From NCBI GenBank assembly GCA_905178155.1, contig CAJINV010000007.1, forward strand, positions 2,399,151-2,463,150: a stretch of 64,000 bases of DNA, in the 5' to 3' direction. The first letter of the stretch is position 1. Each line of letters begins with the position of its first letter. The notes under the pieces were generated by a model. That model was given only the letters and a program-made list of their open reading frames with translations, did not search any database and had not been told where the DNA came from. Source of the DNA: Amoebophrya sp. A120. Lineage: Eukaryota; Protista; Dinoflagellata. Of the stretch, positions 35,310-48,100 are shown one piece after another. Both the position numbers and the translations under genes were made by a program.

Positions 35310-37389
35310 CGTGTCGATTTAGTCTCGTCGTTGGGCCAAGTCTAAGAAGAAGAAGAAGGTCGAATAATTTTTAACCGGAGTTTGTAGGTCGTTGCTGTCC
35401 TGCTCGTGCCGAAGATTCGTCACTGACGTAGTTCTTGGACTTCTCGACGGTAAAAGAAGTTTTCTTTTGATGTGATAAAGACACGAAGAACTTTTTGTTT
35501 TTATCTCCAATAGCCGTCCGTGCCCCCGTTCTATTTGTTTTTCCTGCGCCTGTTACAACTGGAGTCGATTTCCACTTCTTTGCTACTTCCGAGATGTAGT
35601 TGTTCGGCCACTATGGTGGTAGTGGGAGTTCTTGTTGTTCGATCTTTTATTTTACACAACAGTTATTTTATTTCGTTTCGTGCTGCTGTCAATCGAGTTC
35701 TTGTAGTTCACCCAAAACTTCTTTCCTTCCTCTTGGTCGTAAAGCTCCCCGTAGTTTTTATCGTGTTTCATCTGTACTACTAGTAGTGATAATAGAGATA
35801 ATGACTTTGGTCTGGTTCGGGGTCTTTAAAATCTTCGGTGGCTTTATTCCGGTTCTGTCGATGGAAATGATCTGAATGGTACTTCGACCGGTTTGGCCGG
35901 TGCTGGTTTCGTCGTTGTGCCTGTCGTTCTCGGAAAATAGTGATCTCTTCCCGGTGAGTAGCCCTGGCCAAGCTAAGCTTCTGTTTATTGGAATGATTTT
36001 GGATTTGGCCTTACGTAATCCCGTGCTCCGTCGATAAGTGTCGAAAGACAAAAGGCCATTAGAAGTTTACCGGTCGTGATGTTGGAGCGAGAGTTTCGAT
36101 GACGTGTAAGTGTATCTAGTTGTAAAAAATCCAAAGAGATAAAATTTCTTCTTGTACAGCGTTTTTTTTTCTGACAATTACTTCCAAATATTCTACAATA
36201 TTTTCCTTGCTCTAGCTCTTTGTGTTTCCGAAAAAAACCACGCTACTATTTTTTTTGTGAAACGTTGGGAACTCTTTGAAACTTGAAAAAGTTTCGTCCT
36301 TGTTCTTCACACAAGAACCTTCAATAGAAAATAGGATAAGAATTATAGAAGAACCCAAGTCAACATGCCACGTTGTTGAGCTTGTGTTGGTAGTTGTGAA
36401 GCGATCACTTACCACCCAAGAAGATAAAAACTTCTCTTACGTCCGTGGAGCAACCGCTCCAGGCACTCTGATCGTGGCGACCATTTATCTGTTTTATTTT
36501 GAAATTAAATGGGGTGAAAAATTAAGCTGATGAAGTAAAAGGGGAAAACGCGAATACTTGTACTCTATACAATTGAGTTGACTTTGCACTTAATAGGACA
36601 CCAGGATGATCATCTTCGTGAAACGGCTTTGTGACGAATGAACCCCGACGGTGCCCCTTTGGAATTTTTTTGGCTCGTGACATGCGAACGGATGTCCATG
36701 ATGTGGGGCATTGCAGTATCTAAAACGATCTACAACTTGTTTTTAGCGCTTTTTTACATTGAAGATGACTTCGATCTCGATCGTGTTACGCCACCCACAT
36801 ACATAGATGTTGATGCTGATCTCACGACCCGGATCCAGAAAAAATAACGATCTGCATCGCGGAGGCACAGCTCTTGGTCTTTTTTTCGATTTCTTTGTGG
36901 AAAAGTTTTTGTTTGACCGTCTACTCGACGAAATCATGATCAGGCAATGCCAATGCGCTGTTCCAACATAGTCATGGAGGCAGAATCCTTTGAGCCATGA
37001 AGATGTCAATTTTCGACATCGGATGAAGTGGTGGTAGTGGAAAACGAAGAACATGTTGCTTCTGTGTCATCAAAATACCCCTTTCACAAATTTCCAACAA
37101 CTTAGTACTCCGGCGATGGCGTCTCGTGATCTGTGTATCTATCACGATCTTCATCATCTTTGAGTTTGACCATTTTCAACGTGTTCTACTTGTTGCATCG
37201 TCGTGATCATCACTCAGGTTGTAATTTCATATAGCCATACTCATACGGTTACGGATGAAAGCACAGAGCGAACAATGCATATTTAAAGCATTACTGGGTC
37301 ACCCTCGTCATGATGTTGATCTTCGGTCGACGTGTGACGAGTGGCGTACTCCTGTCCGATCTTCATCTTCTTCGAGGACACTCCTTAAC

Positions 37390-40300
37390 CTAGTATGCCG
37401 CTGCCGCAACCCCGCCGGGCTCAGGAGCACAGCCACCTTGGTCCGGTACTACTTCGCCAAAGCCCTCGCAGGGAATCCCTGCGGTTTCGGCGCTCCCATA
37501 CGTGATCGCGCGCTTCTTGCCACAATTTCCCGCGGGGCCCCAGATCCGCGCCACGCCCAGCACCCTGAGTCGGTCCGCCAACAAAATTCCGCAGTCCGCC
37601 GCTTCCTGTCAACTGTAAAAGTGTCTGGGTCTGGAAGATTCTGAGATTTGGTTGGTTGGTTGGATAGCGCCTGTCGCCGGTGCAGGTCCCGCCCTCCATC
37701 GATTGCGATCCGGAGTAGCCGGAACACAAGGCCCTAGTGGCACAATCGATCGACGAAGCCCTTTATAACCAGGTCACGGCCATCCGGCTGCCCTGGAGTC
37801 ATTCGCGGGCCAGGCAACGTCTAGGAGCTACGAATTAGGGATCTTGATGGGCGAGACAGGTCACAGTCATCCGCCTGCCCATCGAAGACGAGCCAGGTCA
37901 CAGTCATCCAGCTGCGTTCACAGTGCATATTTTGCATGTCCAGATTTGTCATGCATATTTTGCATGCCCCAGAATGTCTGTAATGCACGACTTAGCATCA
38001 CAGGTTCTTCGAGAGCTTCCTGATGCCTCCTCCGCATGACAAAAGCCCTCCCCACGTAGCAGAAGCGAGACCTCTCTTGCTGGTCATGCAATACAGATTT
38101 TTTTAGAGTCAAAAGTTAGCATCACAAGTTGCATTCTTCCAGACCCAGACATTTTTACACCTGATACCTTCTCCAAGCTGTCAATGTCCGGAAAAAAGGC
38201 GGAGGCGTGGACTGAATCTTGCCCGTTTCTGGACAGCACTTCCGCAAGCATGTGAAGGGTTCCCGATACAAATGGTTTCTTGCTGCTGCCGATGCCGATG
38301 GTCGCGCTGGCGCTCTTTGAAGTAGAAACAGCTGCAGTTCTTGCGGGGGCCGCACCAGGGGGGAATGGGAACGAGGTGGAGCTACCACCTGCAGCTTCAC
38401 CGCCAGGAGTCGGTTGTACAACCATGTTGACGACGGTTGCCAACTTCTCCGGCGACGAGGCCACGGATGATGTTGAACAGGCCGATCTCATTGCAACGTC
38501 GAGCTCGTCGCTAGACGAGGACGAAGAGATTCCCGTGCTGCTTGTTTGCAAAGACGCTTTGCTCAACGTGTCTCCGATCATATCTGGGATTTTATTTGCC
38601 GATGTTGTTGCGTTAGACGAGCCTGTGCCTGCTTCTGTAGATGAGATTGTTGTAAAAGCGGATGCGGTTCCTGTTCCAGATGAAGGCCGCTCAAGTTCTT
38701 GTAGAACATCATCTTTGACTGGCGCAGCAGCTGCAGAATTTTTGTCCGGCACAAAGCATGTTCTGACGCCCATGGATATCTGACATCCGCCGTCCAGAGC
38801 ATTCAACAAGCTCCGCTCCGCCGTGCACCGGATCGCCGAGGGGAGATGCTCGATCTTTTTCAGTAATTTCAACATCTCTGCATCATCACACCGGCACTCC
38901 ACCCCGTACGCGCCCTGGGAAACCGCGTAGGGAAATTGATCTTCCTCCAAAACGAAGCCTTTGTCCTCCGAGAACAAACCCAGGCGCTCCAGCCCGACTT
39001 TGGCAAGGATATGAAAGCGTCAGGTTTGAAATCGACAAAGTTGAAATGATTTGTCATGCATAAAATGGAAGGCATGAAGTGCCTGTCTTGCCAGGAGGGC
39101 AAGTGAGGCCGACATTGAGCCTGTTTCAGGTTTGAAATAGAGCTGCTAAAGTAGCATGACAAAAGCAGTCGTCTGTGCCCAAACAGCATGACAAATTGGA
39201 TATCGGTGCTCGGAAAATTTGTCATGCGCTGCTTGATAAGTGGGCTTCCGACTGGTATCGCTTTTATGCATGACAGACTCTTTCGTCTTTGAGGATTTCA
39301 ATCCTCACACTCCCATAAAGGATGATGGCGTCGTAGATGCTGTCCTCGGCCTCCAACTTTCTCAACCGGGTCTGAAGGTTCCCGCGGATGTTCTCAATCT
39401 TCATTTTCGGACACTGTTTCAACACGAGCGCCTCCCGGCGGACGGAACTGCTGCCAATCGTCGCCGTCTCCCAACTATCCTGCGCAAAAGCATCGCGCTC
39501 GTAGTAATTCTAATTGCAGGCATGCATGACAAATCCATTTATTTTCACCTATTCTTATGCAGGTAAGTGGTCCGCAACCGCATTTTCAATTCATTTATTT
39601 TCATGATCATGAGGAAATCAAAACTTGTCTTCGTGGAACAAATACTAGAACGAAAGATGCTTTTGCAATGCGTAAGGAAGTTGCGTGAAAGAAGTGATGT
39701 TCTTGCCGCGGTACCGGGGGTGAAGCTGTGTGGTCAGGAAAACTCAAATTTTCATGCCCATCGACGTGGGTGCACCAGCTTCAGCTAACGACCGTGCGGT
39801 CTCAAACAAAGTTATCATGTGCCAATAACCAGTCAACGAAAATCATTCTAAATTAGGAACCCTCATAGTACCACAACGCAATCCCTTGGATCTCCTCTCT
39901 CCGTGATGCACCCCAGCATGAGACCCTCCGGCAGCACCGTGGGCATGTCTTTTAGGGAATGCACCGCAAACCTGCACTCTTTCGCGAGGAGTTGGAGTTC
40001 CAACTCTTTCGTGAAAACCCCGACGGAACCCATGTCGGCAAGATGCCGGTTCTGCACTTGATCTCCGACGGTGGAGGTTTCCAGCAGCGTGAACTTGTAC
40101 TGCTGTTGTGACAGATCATGATAAAGTAGTTTCCCTGTATCCAGTGCTCGAGTCAGCATGGCAATCACCGCGTTGGTTTGGTACAGCGCCAGGACGGATT
40201 TTCGAGAAGAGACGAAGATCTCGACAGCAGCGCCAGCGCTAGTCGTACGCCTAGAGCCATTTATTTTACCATTTTCCACGACCTCTCCTGCACAAGAACC

Positions 40301-40594
40301 GCCTTCTGGTCTTGCTGCATTAGTTGTTTCTCTCACTCTTGTTTCTGTTTCATCTCCGGTTGTGGGTCCTCTTGTGACTGCGTCAACGCCCTGGTTTGAG
40401 TTTTCTTCGTTGCTTTCCTGCAACTTTCGACGTTTTACCGCGTCCGGGTCTGCATCAGCAAGCGGAACGACGGCAGGAAGAAGGCCAACATCGCCCAGAA
40501 GGTCACGACGCGCTCCTGCGGCAGCACCTACGACCTGTTCCGGTGGAACGACAGAAGCCGCATGACCTGCAGCAACGGACCGTCCAGTTGTCAT
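37390..40594 (-). CDS. hemC: Porphobilinogen deaminase (hydroxymethylbilane synthase); about 5 exons
   Basis: [88 protein letters not shown] and C-terminal [12 protein letters not shown]. Confidence 0.95.
37607..38166. mobile_element. Long introner in the last hemC intron, also readable as GT-AG intron 37606-38167
   Basis: TIR TGTCAACTGTAAAAGTGTCTGGGTCTGGAAGA / TCTTCCAGACCCAGACATTTTTACACCTGATA; decayed DR CTTCC/CCTTC; internal TTGTCATGC-like motifs. Confidence 0.85.
39010..39317. mobile_element. Introner non-canonical intron in hemC
   Basis: About 55-bp imperfect TIR ending in TGTCATGCATAAAA on both arms; DR AAGGA. Removal restores the conserved [14 protein letters not shown]. Confidence 0.93.
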
Positions 40595-42123
40595 AACTAC
40601 GATAGTCAAGCGTTTTTAGTATGAAACCGTAAGGAGCGACGTCGTGGTCCAATAAAAATGCTACTTTGAAGATGCCACGAATAAGACGAACAACCGAATA
40701 AAAAATGCGAAAGAACTACTCCGACAGATCTTCCCGTCTGACTGGAGCACGAGGACTACTCACTTTTTTCTTGTCATTTGTCCGACCGCAAACACATCAT
40801 GCATGGAGACAGTGGTGCGGCAGATCTCAAGAAAATAAGCAGGCAAGCAGGCACGACCGCTCCACAACTAGTGAGGCCTTGATCTACAACTTTTGAAGTT
40901 TTACACGATCGGAGATTCTTCTAAGCGAAAAAAAAAAACCTTGCTCCAAGGTATTTTAAGCCTCCTTATTTCCAGCACAGGAGATGGATTATTGATCATG
41001 CAACCAAATCCAAATGTAGTTGCGATGGATGAACACATCAAAAATTTTCCACGAAATTCTACTGTCGCCAAATCATAGAGTCAGCGTGCGAAAAAAAGAT
41101 GGGGGTGCTGGTGCACGACATGCAGTTAGGACATTGTACAAACTCTACTGATAGAAGATTCTCTACGTCTACACCTGGCAATAACTGCACGAACAATTTC
41201 GTGTGTAAAAATCAACTACGAGATTCTTTGTGCAGCTATTGCCGAAGTGAAGTTTGCTGTAAGTGTTTGTGGGAGGAGTTGTGGTTGTTCTTGTGACTCA
41301 CATTTTCACTTATTTCTGTAGGTGGATTCGTGTCGGGGCGGGGACGAGGCAGGGTTATGAAGAGGAAAAAGTTCTTGCAGCATGTCGGGGTTGAGAATTC
41401 ATCATGCAGATGCAGCTGCTTCGGGTAGTACCTACTATGATAGTACTGAGGGCGTACAACTAGCCCGTGTATGAAAGGAAACAAACTCCAAGTAGCATAT
41501 GCAATATCACCAATGGCGCTCAATATAATCAAACACAACCGAAGTCGAGTTTCTACTTCTGCTGGGCGGGCTTCCTAAAAAAATATGAAAGTTCTTGTAT
41601 GGCTAAAGAATTAACCTTAGAAAAACCCTTCTTTCGGTCATGGCAGCGGTACCAGTAGCTGTGGTGAAGAAAGGGGACAAGAACGCCACCAGGAAATCAG
41701 CTTTGCAAAATAAGTACACGGTATCTGAGTCTGTTCTTGTTTTTGAAGCGCATCATGACGAACCTACTCAATGCGTTACGTGTACCTACGTAGTCGCACC
41801 ACTTCTGTGCATAGTAAATTTCATTTTGTGCAGATAATCCTGTGCACACAGAAAGACGCAAGCTGAGGCGTACTAAAGATTGAGGATCCCGATCCGATGT
41901 TCAGACCATCGAATGACAACATTGGATCCAATACAATTACATCAAGAGTGCCAATCGATAAAACATTCATCGATCTGAGACCCTTACGTGTTCTTGTGTA
42001 TATTTTCTTCTTGTGGTCCTGAAAGCATATAGAATTACTATTACACGTGACGAGCGAGCCTTTCTTGGAAAATAAACACTTACTAGCCTAGATAAAAATT
42101 TCGTTTTCGGCGTGAAAAAATCA

Positions 42124-45100
42124 CTATGCCCTCCGGCCGTGGAAACACCTCCACAGAGGGTCAATTTTCAAAAACAAGTGAAACAACGCCATTAAGACAA
42201 GCGCAATTAACACCGTGAACAGCAGCAACTTGAAGGAAAAAGACGGCACGTGCCCGCTGCTGGCCACGTGGGAGTAGGCGCGGGGGTACCATTGGATGTC
42301 CTTCCGCCGGTCGAAATTCTTCCGCGGTAGGTAATACGATTCCGCCCCGACACGGGAAAAGCTGGGGAGGTGTCGCTGCAACCAATACTCCCAGCTGTGC
42401 GCCGAAATGTTCGTGTTGCTCACCTCGTTATCCAGCAGCCTGCCAGTCACACTGCGTGCCCGAGGCCCCGGGTCCGCGTCTGGGAGGGAATACCAAGAGA
42501 AGACATTATGCCGGTTCACAAAAAAGGTACGGTATTTCACCTTCTTGACAGTACTCGACGCAAGAGAGTACTGGCTTTCATCTTCTGCGTCAGCTGCACT
42601 TTTTTCTCCACCATCTATTTTTGAAGATGATGTAGTTTTATTACTTCCGGCTTTCTTTATCGGCTCGAGAACCAGTCCGTTGTATCTCACGTCTTGCTCC
42701 TGCTCGGCGGGCGTTCGGGTATCAGTCGTCCTGTCGTAGTCGTTTGATAGCACTTTCATTTGATTTTTTGTTTCTGCTGCCTGTACTAACTGTAAGCTCG
42801 ATATTGCTTTTCCTTGCTGTCTGGACCACGACGCTTGTTCGGGTGGCAGCGACCCATATGGTTGTGGTGGTTGTCGCGGCTCTTGTTCTCCGACTTGTCC
42901 CCTTGACGCAAAAGTTGCAGGTCGGAAAGTAGAGGCTGAGGGTCCTACAGCCATTTGCTGACCACGGGCAGAAACTGCAGCTGCACGCGCATCATCCCAC
43001 TCGTCATCGAGCGCAACAACATCTGTAATATCCTCATCTGGCGGGGGCTCAACGACGTCTTCTAGATCGGCTGCATACCCGATTTCCTTTTGTAGAAAGC
43101 CGGATTCCTGGGACTCACCACGAAAATTATGACCAGACGAAGTTGCTCTTGGAGACGCCTCTGCTTCACCCAGGACTCCCACAGCTCTTCCTCTTTGTGC
43201 TTGTTCATAGCTGCGACCCTGCAACTGCAACATATTCTGCGCACCAGCTGCACCACCACCACCAGTGGCAGTACTACTACTTTTCCAGGCCGTTAGTTTT
43301 TCCACGGGCGGTCTGACGTTCGTCAACAGCCGGTGGAATTTCGATCCGGGGATCAAAACGCGATTGATGTAACCCGGGAGGTCCGGCCCGACTGCGCGCA
43401 AGTGCAGGTCTAAGCGCGGGAGCAATAAACAGGTGTTATTTTCAACATCTTCGTTACTAGTACCACTGTCACTATCCTCGTCGTCTCCTCGGTGTTCCAC
43501 CGACACACTGGCGTACCAACAGTAGAATCGGTGCACGTCAATGGCGTCATTCATGGGCTGGGGGGCCCAGGACCACGACTGCGTGCACAGCTCTTGGCAG
43601 AAAAACGATTTCAAGTCCGCCAGTCTGTCCCGGTACACAGTGGCTGCACTTCTGCGAGGAGGGCCGCTGCTCATCTGCCGGCCTGATGATGGTGACGGTG
43701 TTGAATTTGATCCCTGTCCAGCGCGGGGAGAAGTTGTATCGACCACTTCTTCGTCCGTTGGAAGATTCGTGTTTAAAAACTTCTTTACTAGCGGGTCTTC
43801 CGCGAGTTTTTTCAAATCGATGACGATACCCATCGGGTCGGCCCGGGCCTTTGGATGGTCCTGGTCGTCTGCATCGTTGTTCTTCCCGCTATTGGAAGCG
43901 GGAGCACCAGTACCGCTACCGCCTGCATTACCATTTTTCCCCCCTCCGTCACCGTCTTCATCAATGACCGAAGGAGAGTTCTTAGTTCGGCTGCTTGTTT
44001 CAAATGCGACGATGCGAATCTGGATGTTTTGCAGGAAGTTGTCTGGCGGCAGGACGTCGACACCAGCGGCGGGGTCTACTGTTTCTTCTCTTGGTAGATT
44101 AAGATCAGGAACTTCGTGGCTCGTCGTGTTATCCCCCTCATCATCTTTGATGATTTTCAAATTTTCCAAGGTTTGCATGTCTGAGAACAGTACCTGTCGC
44201 AATTGCGCCAGTTTCTGCACGAAGCCGTGCGATCCTGTATCCGTTACAAACGCGTACGTCGAGGCAAATAGAATGAAATCATCCGCAGATGAAGAGGACG
44301 CGGACGACGCACCATCTCGTCCCCTGCTTCCGTCTGTCACCACCGAGCCCGCGAGACTGACCCGCCACGGGGTCGACGTGATTAAATCCTCCGAACTACT
44401 AGCGCGGGTGAAGTGGCTCACGGCACTGTAAAGCGTCCTTTGCGGCACGGTAATGTGGTAGAAGGTCGCGGCTTCATGATCATCGGTGTTAGTCTTGTTT
44501 CCCGGGCGGGATGAAGAACTGTCAGCGTTTTCGTCGTCCGAGCAGATTGAACGTAAAAAATCCGTCATCCGTCCCGCGGGTAAGTTGTCAAATACGGACT
44601 CATTTGGATAACTTGAATCCCCAGTCGTGCCGTCCCCGGTCACTTGATCGGTGGCACGGGTGAACCAGAAGTTTGCGGAGTGCACTTCGGAGCTGCGCGT
44701 GTTGAAAAAGCGGAACAGCGCGTAGTAACCTTTGTTTGACTCTGACCAGGCAAACACGTTGTCCGTGTTCATTCGCAGCACCTGGTTCCAAAACGTGTTC
44801 GCGGAGAAGTAGGGCCAGATGAAGAAAACTCCGAGATACGCTATCGGGAGTGCCACCATGGGGTTGCACCACACTCGCTGGCGCCACTTCCCGTCCCGAC
44901 TCACCGAGAGCAATGCGAGCAACGTGGAAGCCAGAAACGTCCAGGACAACAGCGCGGTGAGGTAGGTGCCGCCCTTGTCCCACTTCCAGACACTGCGCTC
45001 CACTTTTAGGAGGCGCAAGTTCCCCTCGCCGAAGTACCAGGACTCGTTTTGCAGGAGCTGCACGGAGCCGTAGCAGAGTAGGGATACGAAAACGAGGATG

Positions 45101-48100
45101 AGGAGCAGGGTGTGAACCCGGGATCTTTCCAGCAAATTCCCGCTGGTTCGGGAAACGGAGAGCATCTTGAAAGAGGTGGTGTTCCGTTCCCCTCGTTTGC
45201 GCCACTTCTCCCGCCGCGTGCAGTTGCCGCAGCACCGAACGACTTCCTCCGGGTCTTCTTCATCAACTTCGTCCTCATCATCTCCTTGTTCGAGAAGATC
45301 CTCTTCTTTGCCTTTGGAGCGTTGGCGTGAAGACCGCCTCTGCTTTTTTGTTTCTGTAGCTCGTCCTTGATGTTGCTCTTCTTCTCTTTCCTGCTCAGCA
45401 TCTTCAAGGTCTACTGCTTTTTTGTCACGACCAGGATCTGCTTTGTTCTTGCCTTTTTCGTAGTCCTCGCCAACATGTTCTAGACTGTTCAAATCAGCTC
45501 CATTTGTTGTTCCACCGTCTTCAATAGCGGCCAGGCCCATTCTGCGGCGACTGTCGATGTCTCGCAGGCCGAGGTGCAGCGGGGGAAACGCGGAGGCCAG
45601 CGTGATGATGCACATGAAGGGAAACTGGTCGGTGCCCACCTTCGCGTCGTCCGCGAAGTAGGTCCGGGTGACCACGTTGATGATGACGATCGCGGTCACG
45701 ATCGCGCCCACGATGATGTTTAGCTCGAACAGCGAGGTGGAATTGCGCAAACAGCACCGGCCCTGGCGGATCAGCTCCACGACCCCGTACAGCGACTTCT
45801 TCGGCGTGGAAAACGCGGCGACGATCGACGCGTCGCCCTCCGACAGGGCCATCCCCGCGTGGGAGGCACGCAACGCCGCGCAGTCGTTGCCCCCGTCGCC
45901 GCACATCCCGACCACGTGCGGGCCGAGCCGCTGGAGGGACCGGACCACCGCCACCTTCCCCGAAGGGGAGACCTTCCCGTACACGACAATGCGGTGCTGG
46001 ATTTTCGAGAGCAGTTCGCTGTCGTGCTCTTGGAGAAAGTTAAAAGCCGCCTCGGACAGCGCAAAGTAAAATCGCCGCTTCGAGGTCGGGTTGAAGGGAT
46101 TGAAATCGTCTTCCTTCTGCGAGGCGAGTGCCTGGAAGACCGTAGCATGATTTTTTGACGATGTTTTCCTCGTTCTTCCGTGATGTTGATCCTCATCGCT
46201 TACGCTTTCCTGCTGCGACTCGTCCGCGCTGGAGGAGGAGTAGGGTAAAACGAATTTTTCGGTCTCTTTGCTCCCGCCGCTCCCAGGCCGCGCCGGGGGG
46301 AGCTCCTGTGGGGGATGCACCATCTCGCGCGTCAATTTCCGCACCCCGGTGGCCGGAATCAACACTTCGGACGGGCTTCTCTTGTGCACGTACGCCTTCG
46401 GGCGGACGACGGCGGAGAACCAGAAGGCGTCCGCAGAGCTCGAGTATTGCTCGTGCGGGTCGACGAAGCTCAGTTTGGGTCCGCCGGGGTTGGGAAAGCG
46501 GTGCATGTTGAAGTTCGTGTCGTGGGGGCCCAATTGCAGGACTTTCGTGCTGTCGCCGTAGTAGAAGAGTTGCGCGGGGTAAGAGAGCGCCCCGGTGGTC
46601 GGGTTCCCGCTGCTGCAGAGCAGGTCCACCCAGGCGTTGGTAAATTGGCTGTCCTCCTGCCGCACGTACTGCCAGCGGAGAACCGGCGTCAAAGCACCAG
46701 CAGCTGCTCCGGCGCTTTTTGATGTTTTCCTTGCTTTAGAAGAAGGAGATGAAGGTCGTGTACCACCAGGAGCCGCTGGTGCACCGACACTGCTGACGGG
46801 CAGCTTCTCCACGTCAGCGGCGAGTACAACCGCGATGGTGCCGTTCAAAGAAGAGCTCTTCGGAATCAGTCCCACCTGTTCCGCCACGTGCAGCCCCGTC
46901 CAGATGTTATCCCCGGTGACCATCACCGGTTCGATACTGCCCCGCTTCATCTCCCGGATGGCGCCGATGCTGTCGATCTTCAGCTCGTTGCGGAACAAAA
47001 CGAAGCCGAGAAAAGTTTCGTCCCGCTCCAGCTCCTGCCGCGGGCGCTGCGTCTCTTCCTCCGTTTCCATCTCGCGGTACGCGAAGGCGAGTACGTAGTA
47101 GCCCTCCATCGCCAGAGATTTCAGCATTTGCCCCGCGTTGGAGGGCAGCGTGCTGGGGAGGACGATCCGCGACACCGAGTCGTAACTTCCCTTCGTCAAC
47201 AGCAGCTTCTTACTGCCCGTCTCCAAACGATCCACGATCACCGACTGCAGCTGCACGGACTGGTCGAACTCGAATCTGCGGACGGTGCGCATGAAGGGTT
47301 TTGTTGAAGAACTAATTGAGGAGGCGTGCTGCGCCGGGTAGATGATCTTATCCGGTTGAAGGTCTTGATCATGCATTTCTGATTTTATGTTTCTCGTCGT
47401 AGCCTCATTGCTCGCATCAACTTGTGATTTTCCTTCTTGATCGATGGGAGGACTACTGCTCAGACTAACGACATCCGCAGGGCGGGCAAGAACATCAAGA
47501 TCCCGCCTGGTCTGCAGCTCCTCATCACCTTCAGTACAACCTCCCGCCGCGACAAAGTGGTAATCTACGGTGTTGTCGCGGGAGTTCTGCGTGAAGTCAA
47601 TCCCGGCGCCCAGGGTTTTCCGCACCATTTCCGCCTCAACCATGTTGCCGTACAATTCCCCGGGTTTCAGGCCCTTCGTCACGGTGTGGCAGGTCGCCAT
47701 CGCGACAGAGAAAAGGTCGCTCTTGTCAAAAGTGTTCGCGTTTATTTTTCCTGTCGCTTGATCGGTCGAAGTAGATGTCGTCAACGCTCCTAGTGGTCTA
47801 CTAGTACTGCTGGCAGCTGCAGTGTTACTGCTCGCAAAGAACTGCACTTTCGACAATCTCGGAGGAGCAGGAGATAAAGGCGACGTATTTTTATCAACGC
47901 CAGTAGCATGTCGTGCTGACTCGTCATCTGCAACCAGAGGCACCGTTCCGCTGAGCTGCAACCCGTCTTCGGTGATCGTCCCGGTTTTGTCCAAGCACTG
48001 GACTTTCACCTCGCCCGCCATCAGCAACCTCCCCGGCTCCAGGGTTTTGATTTTGGAGGGCGATTTTTCCAACCGGTCTTTCGCGTAGTTTTGGGCCATC

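Noticed and set aside
37390-37605. GC-rich stretch as possible 5S, SL or snRNA gene
   Set aside because: It reads as the final hemC exon ([16 protein letters not shown]).
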